64,000 bases of DNA, from the IMG/VR virus record IMGVR_UViG_3300008259_000237, positions 5,138 to 69,137 of that record; one strand, written 5' to 3'. This DNA comes from a virus. This document shows, in pieces, positions 20,001-30,130 of this stretch. A program made the position numbers and the translations under genes. How positions within the stretch are numbered: position 1 is the first letter of the stretch; every line of letters begins with the position of its first letter. Below the pieces are notes generated by a model. It made no database searches. It was not told the DNA's origin and worked only from the letters and a program-made list of their open reading frames with translations.

Positions 20001-22441
20001 GCATATGTAAAAGTTTTTTGGTATGTGTACCCAGTTCCGAATGGAGTCCATGTTGAATCAGTTATACCAGTTATACTTTTTCTCCCAAATGGATTTAATC
20101 CTGATATTGTAACACCTGTATAATAATTAAGATTGGGGTCTGTTGAGGTATTTGTCTTTGAAAATCTTAGTAAGTCCCCTAAACCTATCTCTCCTAAAGT
20201 TTCTCCAGTATCATCATTAAAAGGTGGTAAAGGGGGTAAAATCATAGCAAATACATTATCATAGTGATAAGCAGGACTTGTGGGGTCATTTACTTGAGTT
20301 TGATTAATTGATGAATCAATGTTAAAAAACACTTTGATTCTGTTGCACCCACCTCCAGGATTTTTGGGATTAACAACTCCTACTTCTTCATTAAAATATT
20401 TTGCCTTTGTATTAAATAAGTTTATTTTCTCTGAATATGGAATACTCATGGTGAAACTTCTTTTGTTTGTGGGTGATGAAGTTCCACCGCCATCAGTACA
20501 TGCAAAGTTTGATGGATTATTATAGGTCATTATATTTGATAATCTTGGGGTTGTTAGTGTGGCACCTGTTGTAAAATTAAATGACAAAGTTGTTGGTAAT
20601 GGTTGTGATACATTATATGGATTACCTAAAGAACCTCCTATAGGTTGTGGGGCCGGGTCCGCCGAACACTCACATAATTCACAGTCCGGATATACTAATG
20701 ATGGTAAAAATATTTTTTGGTCTTCACATCTTTCATTCCATTCACGACACCATTTATTTAAAATATCCTTAGAACATACAATATCTCTAATCTTACAAAC
20801 CATCCAAGCAACGACATGGGCAACAACTATTAATATTAGAAAAATAGGTTTGAAAATAAGTGCAGCTATTGAGAATAGTAAGTACAGTAGGTCAAACTGA
20901 AATATTGCATCATTAACCGGAAAAGGATTGTTTGTACTTTCACAAGTGTCTTCCAAAACATCCCTAACCGCAATGAATTTTTTATTTCCTGACTGAGCCC
21001 TATATTCAGAAATTAATTCCGCAATGGTATAAACTTTGTTATAATTAAATTCATAAAACCTATCTTCGCAATTTATAGCTTCTTGAATCATTTGGTTTTG
21101 TAATGGTCCCGCACCATAATCATTCCAATTTAAACTAAACGCATAAGAAGCCGCAACTTGTCTATAGGTATCTAAAGTTGTGACGCTAAGGTCAGGTTCT
21201 ACACAACCCTGTATTAAAGTTGCGGGGTTATCAATATAAGGGTCAAACTGATAGTTATCCCATCCCCATTCTTTAACGTTAGGTACTAAAAAGGTTGCTC
21301 TTTTAACCGCTTTACCATCTAAAGTATCCGGTTGTTCCCACTTTATTTTGAATCTATATTTTGCTTTTGTTGGGATTCCGATTTTAGGGTCGGACGAAAA
21401 TGTTCTTTCTCCAAATTCATTTGTGTAAACGAATTCTAAATTCATTGGTAAATCAATCAACCATGTTCCATTATCATCAATAACTTTTCCTCCTTCTTCT
21501 AAAAGATATTCTTCTAAAACAGGGTAACCTAAAGAATCAAGACCAATGGTTTGTCTAATTGCTAATATTTCACCAGGTCCTGCGGTTAATTGACATAAAT
21601 TACCTAATTTTCTATTTACCTTACATCTTCTTTTAACCGCTCTCTTATCTTGATTTGAGAATATTGACCCCATAAAAACAGCCGCAGGTTGTATTGTAAT
21701 TCCGGCCTCTTCAGTTAAATCAAAGTCAGTTCTTGTAATACCTAATGTGCAAACCTCAGGTTGACCCCAAAGTGGAAATACTTCGATAATTCTATTAAAT
21801 TGTAATAGTTGTGGTAATTCTCCCAAATTTGATGAACTTCTAAATTGAGTTCCTGATATCTGATTAGGTGTTGCTAAACCTATTCTAACCAAATCTTGCG
21901 GGGTCATTGAAAATTCACCGATATCTGACAAATCCACATCAACGTGTATTGTTTGAGTCCCTAGTGGAACTCCAAAAATCATAAAGTCCCCACTATCATT
22001 TGTCTTTACCGTGAATTTATAATATTTGTCATAAACCTCAATTAATGTTTGATTAATTAAAACGTCATTTCTTGTCGGGAAAGTTCCTGTGGGTGTGTGC
22101 CCTCCGTGTGATTTAGTGTACGGTAATAGATTATATCTATAACCCTCATCATTTGTGTCATTTAGAGTCTTATATGGATACAGTTCAGATATAATTGCGT
22201 TTTCTTCATCCTCTTGTGTTAAAGGAATAAAGATTGAAACTTTACAATTTGGCAACCCAGTTCCATTATTTGCGGTTATTCTACCTACAACAACTCCATA
22301 GTCCGAGCAAACTCTAGTATAAATGTCGCTCTGTAATATTTTTAGTGATAAAATCTCAAGATATTCAAAATCTTGTTCCAAGTTAACGTGGATTGCCTTA
22401 TCTTTACCTATCTCCGTTCTTATCCTATATGATTTGGGCAT
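17072..22441 (-). CDS. Large virion-associated protein with a carboxypeptidase-regulatory-like N-terminal beta-sandwich and an internal hydrophobic segment
   Basis: 1789 aa. GVVVGRITAN.G.GLPN.KVSIF ... KTNDSGDFMIFGVPLGTQTI pattern; hydrophobic LLYLLFSIAALIFKPIFLILIVVAHVVAW. Confidence 0.6.
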   Translation of the reverse strand: MPKSYRIRTEIGKDKAIHVNLEQDFEYLEILSLKILQSDIYTRVCSDYGVVVGRITANNGTGLPNCKVSIFIPLTQEDEENAIISELYPYKTLNDTNDEGYRYNLLPYTKSHGGHTPTGTFPTRNDVLINQTLIEVYDKYYKFTVKTNDSGDFMIFGVPLGTQTIHVDVDLSDIGEFSMTPQDLVRIGLATPNQISGTQFRSSSNLGELPQLLQFNRIIEVFPLWGQPEVCTLGITRTDFDLTEEAGITIQPAAVFMGSIFSNQDKRAVKRRCKVNRKLGNLCQLTAGPGEILAIRQTIGLDSLGYPVLEEYLLEEGGKVIDDNGTWLIDLPMNLEFVYTNEFGERTFSSDPKIGIPTKAKYRFKIKWEQPDTLDGKAVKRATFLVPNVKEWGWDNYQFDPYIDNPATLIQGCVEPDLSVTTLDTYRQVAASYAFSLNWNDYGAGPLQNQMIQEAINCEDRFYEFNYNKVYTIAELISEYRAQSGNKKFIAVRDVLEDTCESTNNPFPVNDAIFQFDLLYLLFSIAALIFKPIFLILIVVAHVVAWMVCKIRDIVCSKDILNKWCREWNERCEDQKIFLPSLVYPDCELCECSADPAPQPIGGSLGNPYNVSQPLPTTLSFNFTTGATLTTPRLSNIMTYNNPSNFACTDGGGTSSPTNKRSFTMSIPYSEKINLFNTKAKYFNEEVGVVNPKNPGGGCNRIKVFFNIDSSINQTQVNDPTSPAYHYDNVFAMILPPLPPFNDDTGETLGEIGLGDLLRFSKTNTSTDPNLNYYTGVTISGLNPFGRKSITGITDSTWTPFGTGYTYQKTFTYANYAAQSGDVELVTKSATYEFFVSDDDWKTQRFGFDEEYLQVIYTGTVGSFIASSNSSNPNCFATRYLNGGMHIVTNEYDGNFTPASFFDPTLCSMSTPDGSCILLDDQTSTIKYPQSVISNYNNYRVVFCVRGVDPHSTRVKSRYDLSALFGDTLSTSGPSFNASRSVEFMAYLNIPIQPTLRTTKHNLSSSSDIDSYSNNYLYHDTFNFIPDPTQFQSFYSQKPFNYSSLDATNPGGAPSDAYELTDSSTFFPASTDLDVLTINRDNDYCRELWYSFTNGLPGGPNLSFYDNVPTPPITVNLDENELNTTTNGRNRGYFRNEVVEGGTILHIPSSTNAFTWDENAWVGVPLVLIDSCGTVSNSIPYGMPQHLYFGQKYNITTGLEINSGPSGRQLVMRSDRLPTSDIPNNTNPNGSLGGTTPVVLAGNTNSMIGFSNPFFNLNILRPEGEGPSYNPPSPSINAGDNQDNQTEIGGYGSIGAIASSFSCEGFVPLECYEVNSLTGAVTIKPPGDKCYTNNCCNDDRKTKCKDCNGENYMQYGCYTLITDPWKSRKVDKYLMNEWLLRLRISFAACRNVWGHMFTNQWVNGTLFFYPIQTQTRYTSPGNDPNNPNILGPNQAYSCFCKHLVYFDLKTNNFYYRSAPYNSVQGFIGREGMGFKGNQRLLGNPTTIMDLGPVNDYMDELSNSEDFLGYVVNRLDSTSFQEVDEVLNLFIVQRIVSQGIRSIIKNTAKGGSNRDAVRRFFSRDNSKVDGDYAQMIAINSQIGVVPFDTGVYTDPSDIYFGRGDQDGSVFGIFFNANNQIRDWLSPKRTIVTPGGNPSFPCTFDEFPIFSQKIPMYLWQIKQNTGGAANDSIFGDQKNEWYTTIISGQFNNINYQSIYRDDISAPFGSRTMIPRQTDNESYYKGFIHNTLGNVNEAAQGAMGTEGPTKPSLPDRIVNNTAPYYFYFGLIKGSSAFDRFLTKWVKKDTNTF

Positions 22442-22514
22442 TACAACTTATTTTTTGATAAATAGTTTATTGTCTATTTTCAAAAAATAGTTGATTAACT
22501 AATAAAATAAATTA

Positions 22515-24170
22515 TCAGGAGAAGTTAACCGATTTAAAGTTTTTAACTCTAACGGTTATGTCTTTACCAGGGAATCTAACTTGGTATGTTTGATTTGGTT
22601 CCGCAAATAAAGTATCGTCAATTAAGGCAATTTGTCTTGTGGCAGGGTCTTCATATCTTTGTGAAGTCTGTGAAGAAGAATATTGACCACCAACTTGATT
22701 ATATATTAAAATATTTGCTAATGTTATAACACCATTTTCATTCTGAATTTGTCTTCTTAATTCTGAAATATACACATTTTCACCCATTTGTCTATTTGCG
22801 GGACTAAAGAATTCGGTAACAATATTAATAACCTGACTGATTAGAACACCTTGATTTTGACTACTATCTAAAACAACCTCAACATCAACTTTCAAATCAA
22901 TTACATTAGCCGACATAACTGAAATATAATCATTCATCATTCTATAATTTGATAAGTAATTTGCGACATTATTCTTTAATGTGTTTGATAACACCTCAGT
23001 CAAATTACCTGTCTCATCGTATGCCAACATTTGAATCTTAATCTTGTTGTTTTCCTCAGTTATTGCAACTTTTGCCGGTGCTCCAAACTGTGAAGGCATG
23101 GTTCTAATTAATGAATCATAATCATTAACCGTAACCGCCCTGTTTTGAGCGGCAAAATTAAATGCCACTAAATTTCTTACCTCTTCTGTTGTGGGAATAT
23201 TCGCCCCTCCAATTGCCGCAGTTACGTTAGTACATCTCAAGGAATTAATAACACTTGTATTTACGGTTTGTGAAGGGCCATTTACATAAAAAGATATTGT
23301 TCCAATTTGGGTGATAACATTTACACCAACATTACTACTTAAACCACCACCAATTCTATACTGAACAAACAGGGTGGTATTTGATTTTAGTGATGAAGGC
23401 GTATCTGATGTTTTTGTTGGGTCTTCCACAAAAACTCTATCTTGCGCCAGTGCTTGAACTTCATACCATCTATTATCTAATCCTATAAATTCTTGTGCGG
23501 ATGGTACATTAGCATATTCAGTCCCATCTTTTAATAAAACACTTGTAACACCTAATACATTTTTTTCAGGTAAGAAAAGTTCAAAGAATGGTTTAACATC
23601 GTTTGGTGTTATTGATTTTTTAAAAACTTTTGTGATACCATTAACCACAGTTTCTCTTTTAACAATAGTATAATTTATTAGAATATTACTTGAGTCAAAA
23701 TTAGGTATTACTAATCTGTTCGGATATCCGTCTCCATTAACTGCCGATGAAAAATCAATATCATATACTGTTTCAAATACTTGTCCCGCACCGTTTACTT
23801 GTGACCCTCTTCTTAAAATACCACAATATCTTAAATCTTCTTTGTCACCAAATGCCGGAACAGTTATTGAGAAATCAACTAATGCAACTGAAGGTCTTTG
23901 ACCTGGAACTTTAAGTCCATAAGTTCTTGCAATATTATATATCGAAGACCTTTGTTGCGCATATTGTAATACGGTTTCCTGTATACTTCTGTCAATATTA
24001 AAGTGTAGGTTGTCGGTTACGGCAGCATTTAAATCAAGTAAAACTGAAAATATCGCAGCATCATTAACATTATCTATTAAATCGGGATAATAAGTCCTTG
24101 TAAAATTAATTAATTCGGTTCTTAATCCTTCAAAATCACGAGTGGTATACGATATTTTTTTGTTTGCCAT
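22515..24170 (-). CDS. Baseplate wedge protein (T4 gp6 / baseplate J-like), probable in-frame deletion near 23396
   Basis: YTTRDFEGLR, YAQQRSSIYNIARTYG, QYRIGGG and AQNRAVTVNDY motifs of the gp6/J family. Confidence 0.85.
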   Translation of the reverse strand: MANKKISYTTRDFEGLRTELINFTRTYYPDLIDNVNDAAIFSVLLDLNAAVTDNLHFNIDRSIQETVLQYAQQRSSIYNIARTYGLKVPGQRPSVALVDFSITVPAFGDKEDLRYCGILRRGSQVNGAGQVFETVYDIDFSSAVNGDGYPNRLVIPNFDSSNILINYTIVKRETVVNGITKVFKKSITPNDVKPFFELFLPEKNVLGVTSVLLKDGTEYANVPSAQEFIGLDNRWYEVQALAQDRVFVEDPTKTSDTPSSLKSNTTLFVQYRIGGGLSSNVGVNVITQIGTISFYVNGPSQTVNTSVINSLRCTNVTAAIGGANIPTTEEVRNLVAFNFAAQNRAVTVNDYDSLIRTMPSQFGAPAKVAITEENNKIKIQMLAYDETGNLTEVLSNTLKNNVANYLSNYRMMNDYISVMSANVIDLKVDVEVVLDSSQNQGVLISQVINIVTEFFSPANRQMGENVYISELRRQIQNENGVITLANILIYNQVGGQYSSSQTSQRYEDPATRQIALIDDTLFAEPNQTYQVRFPGKDITVRVKNFKSVNFS

Positions 24171-24176
24171 ATATTA

Positions 24177-24635
24177 TTAAATATTAATAATAACAAAATC
24201 ACTTGAATTAAATACACTATCTGTTATAACATAATCAATTCTTACAGTTGCGGTATGTTCTTTGGTTCCTATTCCGGGAACTCTATAAACTCTTTCGTCG
24301 TTATCATTTACATAACTTCCTTTACCCTCTTCACCGTCTGAAGCCGCTTTAACAGATATTTTAGTTATAGTTAAATTTGGTAGATATTCACCTACAGATT
24401 CTCTAATCTCGGCCTCAATTTCAGAAAATGTTGGACCGTCTAATGGTTCAAAAATAAATTCGTAAAGTCGGGTACCAAAATCAGGTAAAAAATATCTTGA
24501 ACCTTTTCTAGTTAATAAAAGATGTATTAAGTCCGTTCTGATTTCTTCATCAGCGGTTTCAGAAAGAGATAAATATTTACCAGTTCTTGAGTCAAGAAAT
24601 GGAAAATTTATACCATATGTTTTTCCTTGCGCCAT
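24177..24635 (-). CDS. Baseplate wedge / sheath initiator (T4 gp25-like)
   Basis: LLLTRKGSRYFLPDFGTRLYEFIFEP gp25/GPW signature; lies next to the gp6-like gene. Confidence 0.9.
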   Translation of the reverse strand: MAQGKTYGINFPFLDSRTGKYLSLSETADEEIRTDLIHLLLTRKGSRYFLPDFGTRLYEFIFEPLDGPTFSEIEAEIRESVGEYLPNLTITKISVKAASDGEEGKGSYVNDNDERVYRVPGIGTKEHTATVRIDYVITDSVFNSSDFVIINI

Positions 24636-24647
24636 TTATGATAAATA

Positions 24648-25271
24648 CTACTCAATAGATTTTATATTATAATAATAACAATCTCCATCTTCGGCAACCC
24701 ATCTATCTGACAAAGTTTCAACCGAAGGTAAATCAGTATCAACTTTTATTTCTTTTGGTTCTATTGGGAATTTGTTTGTGACCCAATTTGAATCCTTCCA
24801 ATAAATTCTATTGTTTGGTTGGCATAATAAGTACCCGTCATCTGCAATTAAAATATGACCACACTTATAATCCGATGGTTCATCAGAATATGGGTTTCTA
24901 TACCAATCAACTGTCATTAAATAAGTTGCCCAAATTTTTAACCCATCTCTTAAAACAACCTGACATCTTTTTTCATATAAATAATCATAAGTTGTTACAG
25001 TTACGTTTTCAGAAAAACAATCCCATAATTGTTTAAAATGGAAAGGTATGTCATTAGTTGGTTCTTTCATGAATATTTCAGAAATTGGAACTCTTGACCT
25101 CATCATTCCATAATCTGTCATTACATGGAATGTTAATATTTTTCCGGCAACTGATTGAACAGCAAAAGCATAAGCCTTGTGGAATTTATTATTGTCGTTA
25201 GGATTTTTTGTAAAATGTGATACCCTAACTAAACATTTAAATAATTCAATGTTTTCATTATATACTGCCAT
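24648..25271 (-). CDS. Conserved phage hypothetical protein
   Basis: 207 aa with QLWDCFS and K..H.L..DDG...QPNNR motifs I recall from uncharacterised aquatic phage proteins. Confidence 0.6.
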   Translation of the reverse strand: MAVYNENIELFKCLVRVSHFTKNPNDNNKFHKAYAFAVQSVAGKILTFHVMTDYGMMRSRVPISEIFMKEPTNDIPFHFKQLWDCFSENVTVTTYDYLYEKRCQVVLRDGLKIWATYLMTVDWYRNPYSDEPSDYKCGHILIADDGYLLCQPNNRIYWKDSNWVTNKFPIEPKEIKVDTDLPSVETLSDRWVAEDGDCYYYNIKSIE

Positions 25272-25290
25272 GTAAATAAATATCTTAAAT

Positions 25291-25315
25291 AAAAAATCCC
25301 GATTACTCGGGATTT
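25291..25315 (-). terminator. Intrinsic terminator after nrdA
   Basis: Stem AAATCCCGA / TCGGGATTT with a 4-nt loop and a U-tract on the minus strand. Confidence 0.75.
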
Positions 25316-25318
25316 ATT

Positions 25319-27751
25319 TTATGATGAACATCCAAAACAATCAAATTGGCTATTCTCAGGTTTTGGTGGTAAATTTAAATGTGAATAATCAACCTTTGGT
25401 GGTTCAGGTGTTACATTTGGTTTTGAAACTTTTGAGATGTCAACCGCCAAATGTTTTGCCCCTGTTGAAATCGCCTTTGTTCTAACATAGTAACAAAGTG
25501 TTTTCAATCCTTTTTCCCATCCATAAAAGTGTGATGAATTAATTTTTGATAGGGTTGGATTTGACATATAAATGTTCATTGATTGTGATTGGTCAATGAA
25601 AGGTGCTCTGTCCGCCGCCATCTCAATTAAAGACTTCTGTGAGATTTCCCAAATTGTTTTGTACTTTTGAATTAAGTGTTCAATTCTTTTAACCTTTGAA
25701 TTGTATTTTCTATCTTCTTGGTCAAGATAATTGTTGAAGTTAATCCCTTGGATTGAACCTTCGTTAAGAATGATTTCATTTTTTAGGTCTTCGCACCAAA
25801 TACCTAACCTCTCAAAGTCATTAATCAAATACTTGTTAACAATCATAATCTCTCCACCAACAACTCTTCTATTAAAAATAGCCGAGTGAGCTGGTTCTGT
25901 CATTTCATATGACCCTGTAATCTTAGCAGAAGATGCCACAGGCATTTGAGCAGTGAATAAAGAATTACAAACACCATAATCTTTAACTTCTTCTTTAAGT
26001 GATGTCCAATTCCATCTTCCTGATAATTCATCTTCTTTTAGACCCCACATATCAAATTGAAATATCCCTTCCGACATCGGTGAACCGTTAAAGAAATCAT
26101 ATGGTTTATATTCTTCTGACTTACATAAACGACAACTTTCAGTAATTGCCGCAAAATAAATTGTTTCAAAAATATCTTTGTTAAGTTTTTTCGCTTCGTC
26201 AGATGTGAAAATGTAATCCATCAAATAGAATACATCTGCAAGTCCTTGAGTTCCAATTGCAATTGCTCTTTGTTCACGGCCACCCTTGTTTCCCTTTTCA
26301 GTTGAGTAGTTGTTAATATCTACAACTTTATTAAGGGCTCTTACGACTTTACGAGTTTCTTCATACAACAACTGGTGGTCAAACTTTCCATCTATAACAA
26401 AGTTCTTCAATACCATTGATGAAAGTGTACAAATCGCAGTTGTCTTTTCATCTGTATATTGGTAAATCTCGTTACAAAGATTTGATTGTTTGATTACACC
26501 AATGTTTTGATGATTTGTCTTTTTGTTCGCATTGTCTTTTGAGCAAAGATATGGAACACCAGTTTCAATTTGAGATTCGATAACTTTTGTCCAAACTTCT
26601 TGTGCTTTAACTTTTTTACCAAGTCCTAATTCAACCGCTTTGTTGTAGTTTTCTTCATACTCTTCTCCATAACATTCCTGAAGAGCTTTGATTCCTGCTT
26701 TTTTGATGTCGTTTGGGCAGAACAAATACCAGTCATCATTATTTTTAACTGCGTTCATAAAGTTATCAGGAATCCAAAGTGCTGTGAACAAATCACGAGC
26801 TCTTAATTCTTCAGCCCCTGTATTCTTTTTAATATCCAATAGGTCAAAAATATCTTTGTGCCAAGGTTCCAAGTAAATTGCCGCAGAACCAGGACGACGA
26901 CCTTGTTGATTAAAGAATCTAAGTGATTCATTAACAATTTTTAAGTATTTTAAAAGTCCGCCAGCAAATCCTCCTGATGAAGAAATACGACTTTCTTTAC
27001 TACGAATATTAGACATAGAAAGACCAATACCTGCAGCGTCTGATGAATAGGTTGAGATATCCCTCATGGTATTTAAAAGTCCGTCTCTCGAATCTGCGTC
27101 GTTATAATGAAGAACACAAGATGCAAGTTGTGGAACTTTCGTACCCGCATTAATCATAATTGGTGTTGCCGGTGAAATGAGTTGACTTGAAAGTGACTTA
27201 TAGTACTCAACCGCTTGTTCAAATGATTTGGTAACCCAAATTGCGACACGCATGTACATATGTTGTGGTCTTTCAACAACTTTACCACTTGGTAGTTTCA
27301 AAAGATACATTTCTTGTAGTGACCTCCAAGCAAAATAGTCAAAGTTATAATCATTGTCATGATTGATGACATCATCAATATTTGACGGACCATAACTCTC
27401 AATCATTTCCATCAATTTATCATTCACAATACCGTCAACATGTAACATGTGCATTGTGTTTGAAAAACTTGGGTCGGTCTCTTTGTGATAAGATGAAATC
27501 GCCACAGATGAAGCAAGACGAGAATAATCGTGATGACTGCCGGTATATGCCGCGGCTATTTCATAGATTAACTTATCTAACTCTTTTGTGGTTATAACAC
27601 CCTCAGTTGGTACTGATGTTATTACTTTGATGAAAATCTCATCAGAGTTTACACTCATACCTTTTGCGGACCTTTTTATTCGGTTATAAATTTTTTGTGG
27701 ATTAAATGATACATTATCTCCACCTCTCTTTTTAATAGTAAGTGACATCAT
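25319..27751 (-). CDS. nrdA: Ribonucleotide reductase class Ia alpha subunit with N-terminal ATP-cone
   Basis: SPATP, QLASC, SNLCNEI, AICTL, MPVAS, KTLCYYVRT and C-terminal CFGC. Confidence 0.97.
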   Translation of the reverse strand: MMSLTIKKRGGDNVSFNPQKIYNRIKRSAKGMSVNSDEIFIKVITSVPTEGVITTKELDKLIYEIAAAYTGSHHDYSRLASSVAISSYHKETDPSFSNTMHMLHVDGIVNDKLMEMIESYGPSNIDDVINHDNDYNFDYFAWRSLQEMYLLKLPSGKVVERPQHMYMRVAIWVTKSFEQAVEYYKSLSSQLISPATPIMINAGTKVPQLASCVLHYNDADSRDGLLNTMRDISTYSSDAAGIGLSMSNIRSKESRISSSGGFAGGLLKYLKIVNESLRFFNQQGRRPGSAAIYLEPWHKDIFDLLDIKKNTGAEELRARDLFTALWIPDNFMNAVKNNDDWYLFCPNDIKKAGIKALQECYGEEYEENYNKAVELGLGKKVKAQEVWTKVIESQIETGVPYLCSKDNANKKTNHQNIGVIKQSNLCNEIYQYTDEKTTAICTLSSMVLKNFVIDGKFDHQLLYEETRKVVRALNKVVDINNYSTEKGNKGGREQRAIAIGTQGLADVFYLMDYIFTSDEAKKLNKDIFETIYFAAITESCRLCKSEEYKPYDFFNGSPMSEGIFQFDMWGLKEDELSGRWNWTSLKEEVKDYGVCNSLFTAQMPVASSAKITGSYEMTEPAHSAIFNRRVVGGEIMIVNKYLINDFERLGIWCEDLKNEIILNEGSIQGINFNNYLDQEDRKYNSKVKRIEHLIQKYKTIWEISQKSLIEMAADRAPFIDQSQSMNIYMSNPTLSKINSSHFYGWEKGLKTLCYYVRTKAISTGAKHLAVDISKVSKPNVTPEPPKVDYSHLNLPPKPENSQFDCFGCSS

Positions 27752-27770
27752 GGTTTGAAAAAATAATCAA

Positions 27771-28721
27771 TTAAAAGTCATCCGTAAAGGACAATGTTTC
27801 ATTAAGTTTTGCTTTTTGGTATTCTACAGTTCTTGATTCAAAGAAGTTACCTTTTGTTTCAACGGCAATCTGTTCCATGAATTTAAATGGTTGTTCAACA
27901 TTAAATTGTTTCTTACATCCCATTTTAACTAGTAGTCCATCAACCACAAATTCAAGATATTGTTTCATAAGATTTGAATTCATTCCAATAAGTGAAACAG
28001 GAAGTGATTCTGTGATAAACTCTTTTTCAATTTCAAGAGCAGACAATAGAATCTCTCTGATTCGTTTCTCACTTGGTTTGTTTTCACAATGATTATTCAA
28101 AAGGTGAATTGCAAAATCACAGTGAAGATTCTCATCTTTAAAGATAAGTGAATTCGCATTACACAAACCTTGCATAAGTCCTCTTGACTTCAACCAAAAG
28201 ATTGAACAGAATGAACCTGAGAAGAAGATTCCTTCAACCGCGGCAAACGCCACCAATCTTTCTTGGAAAGATGCGTTCTCAATCCAATCCAACGCCCATT
28301 TGGCTTTCTTTTGTACCGCAGGTAATCTGTCAATCGCGTGGAAACATTCATCCTTTTCTTTTGGATTTGACACATAAGTATCAATCAAAAGTGAATACAT
28401 TAAACTGTGAATGTTTTCCATAGCTAATTGGAATCCATAGAAAAATTTGGCTTCAGGATATTGGACTTCTCGGTAAAAATTCTCTGCCAAATTTTCATTA
28501 ACAATACCATCCGATGCCGCAAAGAATGATAGAACATTCTTAACGAAGTATTGTTCATTCTCTGAAAGGTTTTCCCAATCACGAATATCACCTGATAAGT
28601 CAACCTCTTCTGCCGTCCAAAAAGCAGCTTGATGCATCTTATAATATTCCCATATATCGTTGTGTTCAATAGGAAATATCACAAACCTATTTGGGTTTTC
28701 TACTAAAATTTTTTCACTCAT
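27771..28721 (-). CDS. nrdB: Ribonucleotide reductase class Ia beta subunit
   Basis: [44 protein letters not shown] and NFFESR. Confidence 0.97.
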   Translation of the reverse strand: MSEKILVENPNRFVIFPIEHNDIWEYYKMHQAAFWTAEEVDLSGDIRDWENLSENEQYFVKNVLSFFAASDGIVNENLAENFYREVQYPEAKFFYGFQLAMENIHSLMYSLLIDTYVSNPKEKDECFHAIDRLPAVQKKAKWALDWIENASFQERLVAFAAVEGIFFSGSFCSIFWLKSRGLMQGLCNANSLIFKDENLHCDFAIHLLNNHCENKPSEKRIREILLSALEIEKEFITESLPVSLIGMNSNLMKQYLEFVVDGLLVKMGCKKQFNVEQPFKFMEQIAVETKGNFFESRTVEYQKAKLNETLSFTDDF

Positions 28722-28726
28722 ATTAA

Positions 28727-30109
28727 TTAATTATTTTGTTGTTCTCTTTGTTTTCTTTTCTCCAGCAAATCTTTAATTCGCTGTCTGTTGTTTTCTTCTT
28801 TCTGTTCCTCAAGTCCCAAGAATGTCACAGAACTTTCAGTATCTATTTCAAGCATTCCATTGTCAAACTTACAATTTTCAAATACAACTCCATCGTCTCC
28901 AATTCTTGATTTGGTTATTGCGATTGTTGCGAGTTTCATCTCTTTCTGTTGTAAAGTTTTTGCAACTGATATAATAACGTGTCCTACTTGAGCTTTCTTG
29001 ATTGAACCTCCCATTTGGTCTGTTGTTACAACTTCCGATGAAATTGAACTTCTGTTACCTTGTGTTGCCGTCCATCCAACTAAGTTTAACTCGTGACACA
29101 TGGCTTCAAATCCTCTCATAACCGAACCTTCAGATTTCCATTCATCTCCCAAATTCTTATCGGGAACGATACAGTCAATGTAATCCAAAACAACCATATC
29201 TAATTTAATCCCATCAGCAATCATTTTACGAATCTGATTTTTAATTTGTAGAATTGTTAATGTATCTGAAGGTAGTTTCTTAAGAATCAATCTATTCTCC
29301 ATATTACTTTGTACCTCTCTAACCTTATCCATTACCTCATCTTTCTTGTTTGATAACTCATCAGGGTGAACTTTTGTCCAAAGTGTAATATGTTTTCTTT
29401 GAATAATTTTTGGGTTATCCTCGAAAAATATTTGAAGTACATTGTATCCTAAATTGAACGAGTGATTTGCAATCTTTGTTAGGAATGTTGATTTACCAAC
29501 TCCCGTAGGTGCTAAAATAACCCCTAACTCTCCTTTTGCCAAACCTCCCTTAAGTAATCTGTCAATACCGGGTATACCCATAGGTATCGGATGACGATAA
29601 TCTTCATTCAACACATCATCAAGGTTAGAAAAGACATCGGACATCCCATCTTCTCTTTCTCCAACTTGAAGGGCTTCTCTAACCAATTCTTCAAGTTTAT
29701 CATAACTTTCAAATTCACCACCATCAATAACTTTCTGAGCTTTGGTAATCGCCTTTTGAAGTTCTTGTTGTTTACAGAATTTGAGAGCCTTTTCCTGAAC
29801 AAATTGAGAACCTTCAATCTGAACATCTTTGACTTTTACAATTGTGTCAATGATGATTTTTGAAGCCAGTTCTTGTTGGATTTCAGATTTTGCAATCTGT
29901 TCCAAAGTGTCAAAAGTAGGAACATGCTCATACTTTGAATGATACTCCTTAATCATTTGAATGATTAATTTGAAGTACTTGTTTTCAAAATACTGTTGTT
30001 CTATGACATCAATAATAGACCTTCCGAAATCCTTATCTACAATAATTTGGTTGAGTAATTGTATCTGAAATGAAGAGCCTAAATAATCAAAATTTTTGTT
30101 CGACGCCAT
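28727..30109 (-). CDS. DnaB-family replicative helicase (T4 gp41-like)
   Basis: Walker A APTGVGKS, Walker [16 protein letters not shown] and KSR arginine finger. Confidence 0.93.
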   Translation of the reverse strand: MASNKNFDYLGSSFQIQLLNQIIVDKDFGRSIIDVIEQQYFENKYFKLIIQMIKEYHSKYEHVPTFDTLEQIAKSEIQQELASKIIIDTIVKVKDVQIEGSQFVQEKALKFCKQQELQKAITKAQKVIDGGEFESYDKLEELVREALQVGEREDGMSDVFSNLDDVLNEDYRHPIPMGIPGIDRLLKGGLAKGELGVILAPTGVGKSTFLTKIANHSFNLGYNVLQIFFEDNPKIIQRKHITLWTKVHPDELSNKKDEVMDKVREVQSNMENRLILKKLPSDTLTILQIKNQIRKMIADGIKLDMVVLDYIDCIVPDKNLGDEWKSEGSVMRGFEAMCHELNLVGWTATQGNRSSISSEVVTTDQMGGSIKKAQVGHVIISVAKTLQQKEMKLATIAITKSRIGDDGVVFENCKFDNGMLEIDTESSVTFLGLEEQKEENNRQRIKDLLEKRKQREQQNN

Positions 30110-30130
30110 AGTTTAAAAGTTTCTTATAAG

